In this document: positions 17,329 to 26,947 of the stretch, piece by piece
How positions within the stretch are numbered: the stretch's first letter is position 1
Layout: every line of letters starts with the position of its first letter
Source: an uncultured Anaerolineae bacterium
GTDB lineage: Bacteria; Chloroflexota; Anaerolineae; Aggregatilineales; UBA3940
Direction of reading: 5' to 3'
Assembly (NCBI GenBank): GCA_964439625.1
Contig: CAYTPI010000005.1
Coordinates: 32,637-96,636, forward strand
Length of the DNA stretch: 64,000 bases
Program-made: the position numbers and the translations under genes
The notes under the pieces: model-generated
Told to the model about the DNA's origin: nothing
What the model saw: the letters and a program-made list of their open reading frames with translations, nothing else
Databases searched by the model: none

Positions 17329-18705
17329 TTAGCTGTATTCTGCAATCAAATGGCTGTAGAAACGAAGCACGGCTTCGATGCCATGGTAGAAATTGTTCAC
17401 TCGGAAACTCTCGTTTGGAGCGTGGATATTATCATCCGGTAAGCTGAAGCCGATCATCACTGAGGGCGCATTGATTTCTTTTTGGAAAGCCGCTACGACC
17501 GGGATAGAGCCACCACTACGTGCAAAGACTGGCTCAACCCCCCAAATATCAAGACAAGCCTTACGAGCCGCCTGCATTTCAATTGAATCAATAGGTGTAA
17601 TTGCCCACCAACCGCCGCGTCCAACCTTAATATCTGCTTGAAAATCATTCGGGATGCGAGCTTGAATAAAGTCGGCTACGAGTTTGCCAATTACCACCGG
17701 GTCTTGGTCGGGTACGAGGCGCATTGTGAACTTTGCACCTACCTCCGCTGGGATGATCGTTTTCGTGCCTTCTCCCTGAAACCCCCCCCAGATACCGTTG
17801 GTCTCCAGCGTTGGACGTGCCCCCATTCGTTCAACCAATGAAAAATCAGCTTCTCCCCAAGGTTCTTTTAACCCAGTTTCTTCTTGCCAATTCTCAAGCT
17901 CATAAGGAATATCGCCCAGCAATTGACGCTCAACTGCACTTAAGGGACGTACTGAACTATAAAATTCTGGGACTTGTACTCTACCTGTATCATCATGCAT
18001 ATGTGCAATAATTTTGGCAATAAGCTGTGCCGGGTTCAGCACCGTTCCGCCATATACGCCTGAGTGTAAGTCTCTCTCCGGCCCTTTAACGTGTACCTCG
18101 ACGGCTGCTAACCCACGCAGCCCATAGACAATTTTAGGCTGTTCCGGAGTCAGCATATCTGTGTCAGATAGTAAGACAATATCAGCGGCTAACATGTTTT
18201 TATGTTTTTGGATAAACGCTTCTAAGCTCGGCGAACCGATTTCCTCTTCACCTTCAAACAGCATTTTGATATTGACGGGTAGGGCGTTTTCCGCCTTTAA
18301 TAAAGCTTCTATTGCCTTCACATGGATGAACATTTGGCCTTTGTCGTCAGCCGCACCTCGCGCGAATACTTTTCCATCCCGAAGATTTGGCTCGAAAGGC
18401 GGTGTTACCCATAATGCCAATGGGTCAACAGGTTGCACGTCGTAGTGACCGTATACCAACACAGTGGGGGCTCCCTCACCGCCGTTTAACCATTCACCAT
18501 AAACAATCGGATAGCCATCTGTCGCCAATATGTTGACTGTCGGAACACCGATCTGACGTAGTTGACTAGCAAGCCAATCCGCCGCCTTCTCGATATCAGC
18601 TTGATGCTCTGGCAGTGTGCTGATACTTGGAATCTTTAAAAATTCCAGCAGTTCATTTAGCTGACGCTCACGTTCACGCCGTGCAAATTCAATCGCAGGT
18701 TGCAC
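17329..18705 (-). CDS. M20 family metallopeptidase (dipeptidase-like)
   Basis: 458 aa with LVYGHYDVQPVDP, ARGAADDKG and EGEEEIGS metal-ligand motifs. GTG start. Confidence 0.85.
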   Translation of the reverse strand: MQPAIEFARRERERQLNELLEFLKIPSISTLPEHQADIEKAADWLASQLRQIGVPTVNILATDGYPIVYGEWLNGGEGAPTVLVYGHYDVQPVDPLALWVTPPFEPNLRDGKVFARGAADDKGQMFIHVKAIEALLKAENALPVNIKMLFEGEEEIGSPSLEAFIQKHKNMLAADIVLLSDTDMLTPEQPKIVYGLRGLAAVEVHVKGPERDLHSGVYGGTVLNPAQLIAKIIAHMHDDTGRVQVPEFYSSVRPLSAVERQLLGDIPYELENWQEETGLKEPWGEADFSLVERMGARPTLETNGIWGGFQGEGTKTIIPAEVGAKFTMRLVPDQDPVVIGKLVADFIQARIPNDFQADIKVGRGGWWAITPIDSIEMQAARKACLDIWGVEPVFARSGGSIPVVAAFQKEINAPSVMIGFSLPDDNIHAPNESFRVNNFYHGIEAVLRFYSHLIAEYS

Positions 18706-18731
18706 TTGGTTAGACTCCTGAAAAACTCAAT

Positions 18732-19223
18732 TTATTCGTAGACGGGCACTTGTACTTCAGGTAATACCGTAAACCACACAATATACACGGCGACACCAGC
18801 GATGATCGCTGCGATGTATAGCCCATAAGCGACACGCATATAGGGTTTGTAGTTATTGAAGCTCAAAAATTTGGGCATTAGCCCGTGGCCTCGCAGTACA
18901 ACATAAATCCCAAATACCAATGCACAGAACCCAAGCAAAGCATGAAGCTGAGTAATATGGTAAAAGATCGGAAGGCGAGGCCCACCGAGATCACGAATAA
19001 CAAAGTCCCGGAAGGGAAGCACCATCAACCAGAAAACGAAAATTGCATTAATAGTCGCGCCAGTTGTTTGAACCAAGCCATGAGCATCATACTTGCCTAT
19101 GCGGGCCAACACAAAGCCAACGGTGAAAATGATACCAACGAGCAGCATCATCAATAGGGTAACGTCAGCGGCCCAATTGGCGTGCGTGCCCAAAAAGCCC
19201 TCTGCGTGAAGTAATTCTGTCAT
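18732..19223 (-). CDS. Hypothetical 4-TM membrane protein (possibly DUF420-like)
   Basis: 163 aa with four hydrophobic helices. The family guess rests only on size, topology and conserved His positions. Confidence 0.5.
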   Translation of the reverse strand: MTELLHAEGFLGTHANWAADVTLLMMLLVGIIFTVGFVLARIGKYDAHGLVQTTGATINAIFVFWLMVLPFRDFVIRDLGGPRLPIFYHITQLHALLGFCALVFGIYVVLRGHGLMPKFLSFNNYKPYMRVAYGLYIAAIIAGVAVYIVWFTVLPEVQVPVYE

Positions 19224-19226
19224 AAA

Positions 19227-20690
19227 TTATTTCATTCCTACTTGAGTGGGATGTTGCAAAGAGTATACAACAAAACTTGACTCGTGACGTTCACTTGCAG
19301 TGGAATAAACCTCTAATGCACTATACTTTGCTTGCGCGATGGCATATAGCGCTTCTTCATCTGGCTCAAAATGGGCGACGATCAGTAACCGCTTTGTCTT
19401 TTGGCCTTGAAACGCTTCAAGATCAGCTTGTAATGCTTGTGGGCTACCATAATCAACAAGGAAGACGGGTGCATCATAGAGGTAGTAAGTTAAAGGCCAG
19501 CCTAAAGTTTGATAGTAGACTACAGTACCGGCTGGCTGCTGCGCAACAAAGTCAGAGACCTCGACTATCTCATCATAGGCGCCTTTATCACTGCCAACAG
19601 GAATGTTACCCATGAGTGCTTGCCACATGCCGATGGTCAACGGAATAGTGCCTACAAGCATAATGTAACGACTAATCTTTAGCTTAAATATCAGCCCGGA
19701 AAGTAGCGCCACGACGACGGCTATCGGCAGCATATATCGGTCTAGCAAGGGGAATGCCACCAACCAATGCAGTAGAAGATAGTAGCAGGCGAAAGCAACA
19801 AGTACGTAGGCAACTGCACTTACTTTATTATTTCTTCGGCCCATCAACGAGATAGTGATTGAAGCAGCAGCTCCAGTGATCCATATGATTGCCCCAACCC
19901 AGTTACCAAACAGGTATCGGAGCCACGAACTCCAGCCTACCAACCTAGCAATAAGTTCATCTTGCCGTATCAATCGACCAGGGTTGTTATAAGCGACACC
20001 AGCCGTCCAGAATGATGCACCATCGGTTCGTAAGACGTCCCATCCGATCACTGCTATCCCAATGATCCCAAAGCCGATTATGAACCATGTAAGACTGCAT
20101 ACAGGTCGGCGATTGTCCAACATCAGGTAGAGTAGGCCAAGCATTGGTACGAGAAACAAGGCATTCTGCTTCGTAGCTAAGCTCAGGCCAAACGTAATGC
20201 CTGCAGTCAACCATCTTTCTTGGCACACCATAATACACGCTGCCAGCCACCACATGACCATCAGTGGGTCAGCAAATGCCGTTGGAGAAAATAAAATGAC
20301 AAAGGGTGAAAGACTAAATACCAACGCCGATATGACAGAGTTGATCTTTACCAAGGCCGCGAGGCGGGCAATTAATGCCACTGAAACAATACTCGCAAAT
20401 AGGCTGGGCAGGCGCGGTGTCATTTCATTGACCCAATCGATTGATATGCCAGCAGCAAGTGTATAGTAAAAGAGAGGCGGTTTATCGATCAGTAAAGATG
20501 TCTTGGTGAGTAACGGATCAGCACCGGTAATGATCAACCGACCGAGTGTAGCAAACAGAGCTTCATCTGGGTGTAGCCGAAACTCTGTCAATATAGCTAT
20601 TCGGAATGCAGCCCCCACCAGCATGATGACTGTCAATGCCCATAACTTTGATGGCTTGATGGTCGCTCGTGAGGAAGAAGCCGTAGTCAT
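19227..20690 (-). CDS. GT-C fold membrane glycosyltransferase, GT39/ArnT-like
   Basis: 487 aa and polytopic. The first loop has the RLHPDEALFA (DE) motif characteristic of PMT/ArnT-type enzymes. Lies 3 nt from the downstream gene. Confidence 0.6.
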   Translation of the reverse strand: MTTASSSRATIKPSKLWALTVIMLVGAAFRIAILTEFRLHPDEALFATLGRLIITGADPLLTKTSLLIDKPPLFYYTLAAGISIDWVNEMTPRLPSLFASIVSVALIARLAALVKINSVISALVFSLSPFVILFSPTAFADPLMVMWWLAACIMVCQERWLTAGITFGLSLATKQNALFLVPMLGLLYLMLDNRRPVCSLTWFIIGFGIIGIAVIGWDVLRTDGASFWTAGVAYNNPGRLIRQDELIARLVGWSSWLRYLFGNWVGAIIWITGAAASITISLMGRRNNKVSAVAYVLVAFACYYLLLHWLVAFPLLDRYMLPIAVVVALLSGLIFKLKISRYIMLVGTIPLTIGMWQALMGNIPVGSDKGAYDEIVEVSDFVAQQPAGTVVYYQTLGWPLTYYLYDAPVFLVDYGSPQALQADLEAFQGQKTKRLLIVAHFEPDEEALYAIAQAKYSALEVYSTASERHESSFVVYSLQHPTQVGMK

Positions 20691-20720
20691 GTCGTCATAG
20701 CGTTGATAGCGATTACATAC

Positions 20721-21404
20721 CTAATCTGTAAAGCGATACTTGAACAGTGCCCACAGCGCCGGGAAGCCGTCTCGCCATGTAATTTTCTTGCCTTCATCAT
20801 AATCGCGCCCGTAGTAAGCAATCGGCACTTCGTAAATACGAAATCCACGCTTAGCAATTTTGGCTGTCAACTCTGGTTCAAAGTCAAAACGCCGAGAATG
20901 AATCTCTAAATCTTCAACAACATCCGCCCGGAAGCACTTATAGCACGTCTCCATGTCGGATAGGTCTACGTTGTAAAGAATATTCGTTACCAGCGTCAGA
21001 AAATTGTTGCCTAAACGATGAGAGAACTTAAAGCGTCTTGCTGGCCCACCTAGAAAACGTGATCCGTAGACCACGTCTGCATGGCCTTCTTCGATTGGTT
21101 GCAGTAGTTTAGGGTAGTCGCGTGGATCGTATTCGAGGTCAGCATCTTGGATGAGAAATATTTCACCAGTAGCGTGCTTAAAACCTTCTACGACTGCACT
21201 GCCTTTGCCTCCGTTTTGCGGCTTTAGTATGACTTTTATGATGTCGTGATCTTCCCACTGACTCATAATTTCTCGGGAACGGTCCTTTGATCCGTCGTCC
21301 ACCATAATAATTTCATGCACAAGCTCAGTTTCTAACACTTTGGCGACAATTGCCTCGAGTGTCTCTTCTTCGTTGTAAACCGGCATGATAATAGAAAGCT
21401 TCAT
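20721..21404 (-). CDS. GT2 glycosyltransferase, polyprenol-phosphate sugar synthase-like (DPM1/GtrB/ArnC type)
   Basis: 227 aa with LSIIMPVYNEE, VDDGSKD and QDADLEYDP motifs. Confidence 0.85.
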   Translation of the reverse strand: MKLSIIMPVYNEEETLEAIVAKVLETELVHEIIMVDDGSKDRSREIMSQWEDHDIIKVILKPQNGGKGSAVVEGFKHATGEIFLIQDADLEYDPRDYPKLLQPIEEGHADVVYGSRFLGGPARRFKFSHRLGNNFLTLVTNILYNVDLSDMETCYKCFRADVVEDLEIHSRRFDFEPELTAKIAKRGFRIYEVPIAYYGRDYDEGKKITWRDGFPALWALFKYRFTD

Positions 21405-21418
21405 GAGGTCTCTTTTGA

Positions 21419-21658
21419 CTAGGTCTTATGGGTAAGCCGCGTAAGTATAGCCACTAGCCTCTGATGACACAAAGGATCAAGACGAGCGGCAGCCGCAACG
21501 AGTGCCGTCGAAGATAAGGGTAAGTCCTTTTGCTCACAAATTTGGCACAACAAAGCCTGCTCTGTAGCAGTTACATATCTGCGACTGCTGTCATTTGTTG
21601 TAAAGCAGTTGATTATAGCCTCACTCGGAAGATCGATATTTTGGTAAAGGGCACTCAA
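21419..21658 (-). CDS. Small hypothetical protein (79 aa, Cys-containing); gene status uncertain
   Basis: TTG-initiated ORF 14 nt upstream of the GT2 gene on the same strand. Contains a CQIC pair plus two further Cys. No family recognised. Confidence 0.3.
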   Translation of the reverse strand: MSALYQNIDLPSEAIINCFTTNDSSRRYVTATEQALLCQICEQKDLPLSSTALVAAAARLDPLCHQRLVAILTRLTHKT

Positions 21659-21766
21659 AGGACTGCCATTTGAAAATGTTCATTATTTTGCTCCCATTTC
21701 TACCTTTTAGTGTAAACTATGGTGTGCGTGTGTGTTTGCTTACAATCTTGAAAAGTGGGTGAAATA

Positions 21767-23143
21767 ATGTTAGACCGTCGTAGTGCACTCCGTGCTATTT
21801 CGATTACAGTGGGAACTTTGCTTTACGCTGGCTGTGCACCGCAGCGTGAGGCATCTCTTCGCAACAATAACGATCTAGATGTATGCATTATTGGTGCTGG
21901 TATTGCTGGTCTTGGTGCTGGTCAGGTGCTACAACAAGCTGGGATCAACCCTATCATCCTCGAAGCACGTGACCGCATAGGGGGGCGTATTTGGACAGAG
22001 CGCCAACAATTTATTGCCCCTGTTGACTACGGCGCAGCTTGGATTCATGGCATTAACAATAACCCCTTAACTGAAATTGCAGACACGAGTAGTATCGAAC
22101 GCGTCCCCAGCCCATATCGTGAAGTCGTGGTATATGCTGAGGACGGTTTAGCCCTTGAAGATCGTGCGTTAACAGAGGCATCTGCGCTGCTGCGCAATAT
22201 TCTAAGCGATGCGGAAGATTATGGTGAAGAGCTTAATAATGATGTGCCTCTTCAAGCTGGCATCGATGCCGTCCTCACTGAACGCGATCTAACCACGGAG
22301 CAGCTTCGACTTCTCAACCTTGCTGTTCAATATGAGATTGAAACTGAATACGCAGCAGATACGAATGACCTTTCGCTGTGGTGGTGGAATGCAGGCTCAG
22401 AATTTTCCGGGCGGGATGACCTCCTTCCGGGCGGATATGATCAGCTAATAATGCCTCTTGCTGAAGGACTCGATGTGCGCTTAGGGTATGCTGTCAACGA
22501 AATTGACTATTCCGGCGACCGGGTGACAATCCTCACTAACACGGGAGAATTTACAGCTAACCATGTCATCGTTACTTTGCCATTGGGTGTGCTCAAGGAA
22601 AGAACGGTTCAGTTTCGACCAGAACTCCCCGCCGAAAAACTAACAGCAATTGACCGCCTTGCCATGGGTACGCTTGATAAACTCACGCTTGAGTTTGACG
22701 CAGTGTTTTGGGACGATGTCGAATTTATTACCTATGCGGGTGTACCTGCAGATAATTGGTCGAGTATTCTAAACCTCGACTATTTTTTCGATCTGCCCAT
22801 TCTCCAGATGCTGATCGGAGCTGACGCTGCCGTCGCTATGGAGCAGCAAGCAAATGAGCAAGTGCTGGCAAGCGGTTTGGCCGTATTACAGACGATTTAT
22901 GGGCCAGATGTCCCTGAGCCACTTAACTACAACTTTACCCGTTGGCATACCGACCCTTACAGCTTCGGTTCTTATTCAAGCCTTGGGGTAGGGGCGGAAC
23001 CCCGTGACTATGATCGCATGGCAAGTACAATTGGGAGCAAATTATTCTTCGCTGGGGAAGCAACTGACCGGAATTACTACCAGACGGCTCACGGTGCTCT
23101 ACGTAGTGGGCGTCGCGCCGCCCGAGAAATTCTAGCGTTATAA
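21767..23143 (+). CDS. Flavin-containing amine oxidase with a Tat-type lipoprotein signal
   Basis: N-terminal MLDRRSALRAISITVGTLLYAGC (twin-Arg plus lipobox) and an FAD dinucleotide fold VCIIGAGIAGLGAG. The C-terminal FFAGEAT motif fits polyamine/monoamine oxidases. An alternative GTG start is at 21755. Confidence 0.8.
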   Translation: MLDRRSALRAISITVGTLLYAGCAPQREASLRNNNDLDVCIIGAGIAGLGAGQVLQQAGINPIILEARDRIGGRIWTERQQFIAPVDYGAAWIHGINNNPLTEIADTSSIERVPSPYREVVVYAEDGLALEDRALTEASALLRNILSDAEDYGEELNNDVPLQAGIDAVLTERDLTTEQLRLLNLAVQYEIETEYAADTNDLSLWWWNAGSEFSGRDDLLPGGYDQLIMPLAEGLDVRLGYAVNEIDYSGDRVTILTNTGEFTANHVIVTLPLGVLKERTVQFRPELPAEKLTAIDRLAMGTLDKLTLEFDAVFWDDVEFITYAGVPADNWSSILNLDYFFDLPILQMLIGADAAVAMEQQANEQVLASGLAVLQTIYGPDVPEPLNYNFTRWHTDPYSFGSYSSLGVGAEPRDYDRMASTIGSKLFFAGEATDRNYYQTAHGALRSGRRAAREILAL

Positions 23144-23177
23144 TACAGCGCCAAATCCCTTAGAGAGGACAGTCCAA

Positions 23178-24500
23178 TTGCAGCAGCCCTCAAAAATGTC
23201 AGCGGTGCGGGGTACAATCTACTATCTAATCGATGATCCGTTTCTAACCGATGATCCGATCAGTGCGCGGCGCTATGAGTCGGATGGTGTCATTCTAATC
23301 AACGATGGTCGAATTGAGGCCGTTGGCCCGTATGATGCGCTTAAATCTCGTTTAGCTGGCGTAGAAATCACCCACTACCTAAATGACGTGATTGTGCCTG
23401 GTTTTATTGACTGCCATATTCATTTTCCGCAGGTGGATGTCATTGCCTCCTATGGCACGCAACTCCTTGAATGGCTGAATAAATATACCTTCCCAACGGA
23501 AGGTAGCTTTGCTGACGAAATGGTAGCCAACGAAACGGCTGAATTTTTCGTTAAAGAGCTGCTGCGCAACGGGACGACAGCAGCCAGTGTTTATTGTACG
23601 GTGCACCCACACTCAGTTGATGCCTTATTCACCGCGGCGGCAGCTTTCAACATGCGCGTCAGCGCGGGTAAAGTGATGATGGATCGTAACGCGCCCGAGT
23701 ATTTGCAGGATACGCCGCAAACTAGTTACGAGCAGTCAAAAGCTTTGCTTGAAAAGTGGCACCGCAAAGGGCGTGCCGTCTATTGTGTGACACCTCGCTT
23801 TGCGATTACCAGTACACCAGAACAGCTTGAACGGGCGTCTGCACTCTGGCATAAATATGATGATGTTCTGCTACAGACGCATATATCTGAGAATCTCGCA
23901 GAAATTGAGATGGTTCAGAAGCTCTTCCCGGACTTTGCTACCTATACCGCCGTCTATGATCATTTTGAGCTACTCGGGGAGCGGGCAATATATGGACATG
24001 CTATCCACTTTTCAGAAGCAGAGTTTCGCCGCTTCTTCGAAACTGGAACGACCATCGCACATTGTCCAACATCCAATACATTTATTGGCAGCGGCCTGTT
24101 CGATATCAAGAGCGCAAAGCGAGCAGCACGTCCGATTCGGACAGGGGTAGCGACTGATGTCGGTGGTGGGTCAAGTTTTTCGATGCTGCAAACGCTGAGT
24201 GAAGCCTACAAAGTGGCCCAGCTCAGCGGTTATTCACTCAGTGTTATTCATAATTTCTACTTGGCAACGCTCGGAAGTGCAGAGACGATGTACATGGAAA
24301 AACAAATTGGTACGTTCAAGCCGGGTTACGAAGCTGATTTTACTATCTTAGACCCTGCGGCAACAGCACTTCTCGAACGCCGCACTAAAAAGGCGCAGTC
24401 CATTGAAGATATTTTGTTTGCATTGATGATCCTAGGTGATGATCGGACCGTCCGCGCAACCTACATCATGGGGCAGTTGGTGCATCAACGCGATTCGTAA
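23178..24500 (+). CDS. guaD: Guanine deaminase (amidohydrolase superfamily)
   Basis: 440 aa with PGFIDCHIHFPQ, HISEN and GVATDVGGG motifs. TTG start lies 8 nt after GAGAGGA. Confidence 0.8.
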   Translation: MQQPSKMSAVRGTIYYLIDDPFLTDDPISARRYESDGVILINDGRIEAVGPYDALKSRLAGVEITHYLNDVIVPGFIDCHIHFPQVDVIASYGTQLLEWLNKYTFPTEGSFADEMVANETAEFFVKELLRNGTTAASVYCTVHPHSVDALFTAAAAFNMRVSAGKVMMDRNAPEYLQDTPQTSYEQSKALLEKWHRKGRAVYCVTPRFAITSTPEQLERASALWHKYDDVLLQTHISENLAEIEMVQKLFPDFATYTAVYDHFELLGERAIYGHAIHFSEAEFRRFFETGTTIAHCPTSNTFIGSGLFDIKSAKRAARPIRTGVATDVGGGSSFSMLQTLSEAYKVAQLSGYSLSVIHNFYLATLGSAETMYMEKQIGTFKPGYEADFTILDPAATALLERRTKKAQSIEDILFALMILGDDRTVRATYIMGQLVHQRDS

Positions 24501-24508
24501 AATACAAA

Positions 24509-24542
24509 GGGCAGATGCTTCAACCTTCTGAAACATCTGCCC
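24509..24542. terminator. Bidirectional intrinsic terminator between convergent guaD and glmS
   Basis: 9-bp stem GGGCAGATG/CATCTGCCC with a 16-nt loop. The minus-strand reading is followed by TTTGTATTTT. Confidence 0.6.
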
Positions 24543-24614
24543 CCTGTTTGATGGCATGAGAGACAGTTTGCAACTGTACTGCTCTCAATTGACTGCGAAT
24601 GGCCAAGTGCTCTG

Positions 24615-26456
24615 TTACTCGACAGTTACTGACTTAGCCAAGTTGCGCGGTTGGTCAACATCTGCGCCGCGAAATACAGCGATATGGTAGGCAAGAAGTT
24701 GCAAAGGCAGCACATTAATAACCGGTGACAGCAGCTCCGGGGCAGGCGGAACATAGATCACATGGTCGGCCTTATCCTTGATCTGCTCGTCACCTTCTGT
24801 TGCAACGGCAATCACAATGCCATTGCGGGCTCTGGCCTGTTCCACCTGAGACAGCATTTTTTCATAGACATGATCCTGTGTCGCGATGACGACCACAGGC
24901 ATCTGCTCGTCAATCAAGGCAATGGGTCCATGCTTCATTTCACCGGCGGCATAGCCCTCGGCGTGTATGTAGCTAATTTCCTTGAGCTTAAGGGCGCCTT
25001 CAAGCGCAATTGGGTAGTTAATGCCCCGACCAAGATAAAGAAAGTGCTCGTACTGGTAGAATTCTCGCGCTAGTGCTTCATATGCTTTGTCGTTATCCAA
25101 CACGCTGCCCACTAGATCAGGCAAGCGAGCCAGATCGCCAACATACTCACGCAGTTTCATCTCATCTTGAGTGCCTCGTGCTTCTGCAAGAGAACACGCC
25201 AACATATACTGATCAACGATACTGGTGGTAAATGCCTTTGTGCTAGCAACACCGATCTCCGGCCCAGCATTCATTGGGATGCAGCTATCAGCAATGCGCA
25301 TTGCTTGGCTGCCTACCGCATTGACAATGCTCCACAACAGGGCCCCTTTAGAGCGCCCCTCCTCCATCGCAGCGAGTGTGTCAACCGTTTCCCCCGATTG
25401 AGTTAAGGCTAAGACAGCCATGCTGTCATCAATAATCGGGTCTGAGTAGCGAAACTCCGAGCCGATGGCCACTTCAACTGGCATCCGCGCAATACGTTCG
25501 ATCATATACTTACCGACTAAACCAGCATAGTAACTGGTGCCACACGCTACTGTAATTATTCGCTTGACGCGATTGGCAATTTCGTCTGACAGGTCAAGTT
25601 CTTCGACTTCGATGCGTTTATGCTCAAAGTCAACGCGCCCACGTAGTGTATCTGTGATAGCACGCGGCTGCTCGAAGATTTCCTTCTGCATGAAGTGCTT
25701 GTATTTGCCTTTGGCAGCACTGACAGGGTCCCAGTTAATCGCGTGGATGTCAGGTTCAACGGGCTCGCCGCCCAACGTTTGTACCCTGTAATCTGTTGCT
25801 GTGACCGTTGCCATCTGACGGCTTTCTAGAAACACCATCTTGCGTGTATATGGCAGAATCGCAGGTATATCAGAAGCGATATACATCGCGTCTTCTCCAA
25901 TGCCGATTGCCACACCGCCAGCGTTGCCAATCCGAACAGCTACCAGCTTGCCTGGTTCTTTGTTGGTAAATGCAACAATGGCCTGTGCGCCTTGCAACAT
26001 ATTGAAGGCCTTTAGTGCTGCTTGCTCTAGTGTGTCGCCTGCATCAATGAAGCGCTCGATGAGGTGAACAATCGTCTCAGTGTCAGTATCACTGGCAAAT
26101 TCAGCCCCTTCCTCAATGAGATCGGTTTTTAACTCAAGGAAGTTTTCAATGATCCCGTTGTGTACGACGACGACATCACCAGACATGCCGACATGTGGAT
26201 GCGCGTTACGTACAATCGGTTTTCCATGGGTTGCCCAGCGCGTGTGCCCAACGCCGAGACTGCCCGCCGTTGGTTCGTCGTTCAATAAGGCAACAAGGTT
26301 ATCCAATTTTCCAGAAGCACGTCGCACTTCGATGCGACCATTTTCCAAGACGGCTACACCAGCTGAGTCATAGCCACGATACTCAAGACGCTTGAGACCT
26401 TCAACGACCAACGGGGTTGCATTCTCATTTCCGATGTAACCGACGATTCCACACAT
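24615..26456 (-). CDS. glmS: Glutamine--fructose-6-phosphate aminotransferase
   Basis: Mature N-terminus MCGIVGYIG (catalytic Cys2), two SIS domains, C-terminal KSVTVE. The ORF-track start at 26483 is 9 codons too long. Confidence 0.96.
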   Translation of the reverse strand: MCGIVGYIGNENATPLVVEGLKRLEYRGYDSAGVAVLENGRIEVRRASGKLDNLVALLNDEPTAGSLGVGHTRWATHGKPIVRNAHPHVGMSGDVVVVHNGIIENFLELKTDLIEEGAEFASDTDTETIVHLIERFIDAGDTLEQAALKAFNMLQGAQAIVAFTNKEPGKLVAVRIGNAGGVAIGIGEDAMYIASDIPAILPYTRKMVFLESRQMATVTATDYRVQTLGGEPVEPDIHAINWDPVSAAKGKYKHFMQKEIFEQPRAITDTLRGRVDFEHKRIEVEELDLSDEIANRVKRIITVACGTSYYAGLVGKYMIERIARMPVEVAIGSEFRYSDPIIDDSMAVLALTQSGETVDTLAAMEEGRSKGALLWSIVNAVGSQAMRIADSCIPMNAGPEIGVASTKAFTTSIVDQYMLACSLAEARGTQDEMKLREYVGDLARLPDLVGSVLDNDKAYEALAREFYQYEHFLYLGRGINYPIALEGALKLKEISYIHAEGYAAGEMKHGPIALIDEQMPVVVIATQDHVYEKMLSQVEQARARNGIVIAVATEGDEQIKDKADHVIYVPPAPELLSPVINVLPLQLLAYHIAVFRGADVDQPRNLAKSVTVE

Positions 26457-26552
26457 ATTTTTTCTCCTAAGGTTTGTTGGCAAGGCAACCTAAAGCGGAC
26501 TCACGACCGCCGTTTGCAAATTGCCTTTGCAACTATTTAAGTTTTTTGATTA

Positions 26553-26775
26553 GGTGCCACTATTCAAATGGGCTGTTGCACAGATTACTCTGTGTGTTTG
26601 CCATTCAAATGCGTTTGTGTGGGAAGTTGATTACAGATTGTGGCATATCTGGGCGGCATCCGCTGATCTCTCGATTTTCGATGTGCATCGTTTGCACACC
26701 TTGGCCCCACTGCGATGTGGGGAACCGCCTCCTCGTCAACCCTACCATTTGATGCAGGGCCCATGCGCTGATCAT
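26553..26775 (-). ncRNA. glmS ribozyme (GlcN6P-dependent self-cleaving riboswitch) in the glmS leader
   Basis: The minus strand reads ...UC-A/GCGCA-UGGG-[CCCUGCAUCAAAUGGUAGGG]-UUGACGAGGAGGCGG...AUCGAAAAUCGAGAGAUCAGCGGAUGCCGCCC.... These are the cleavage-site AGCGC, P1 hairpin, GACGAGG and GCGGAUGCC core strings as I remember the Bacillus/Thermoanaerobacter ribozymes. Downstream is a P3/P4-like region with a GNRA hairpin CACAGA-GUAA-UCUGUG, closed by UGCCA/UGGCA. Confidence 0.8.
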
Positions 26776-26788
26776 TCCCGATGATCAC

Positions 26789-26815
26789 ATTATGCCATGG
26801 TTGTTCACCTTTCAA
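26789..26815 (-). promoter_or_regulatory. Candidate promoter for the glmS ribozyme transcript
   Basis: On the minus strand, TTGAAA, a 15-nt spacer, then an extended -10 TGGCATAAT. It lies about 20-25 nt upstream of the predicted cleavage site. The spacer is short, so the call is weak. Confidence 0.3.
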
Positions 26816-26947
26816 ATTTTTAGCGTAGTGTGACAGTGTAACGACCTCCCGCCGAAAATACGAAACTTTCGCTCAATGTAAGTTGCAACCCGGGCTTGCT
26901 ATACTGAACGCTCACAACGTTGGGCTTCCACCAAGGAAATATACGTC

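Noticed and set aside
26474-26815. Three overlapping 76-92-aa ORFs upstream of glmS
   Set aside because: The region is better explained as the glmS ribozyme and its promoter. The ORFs lack RBSs and overlap one another on both strands.
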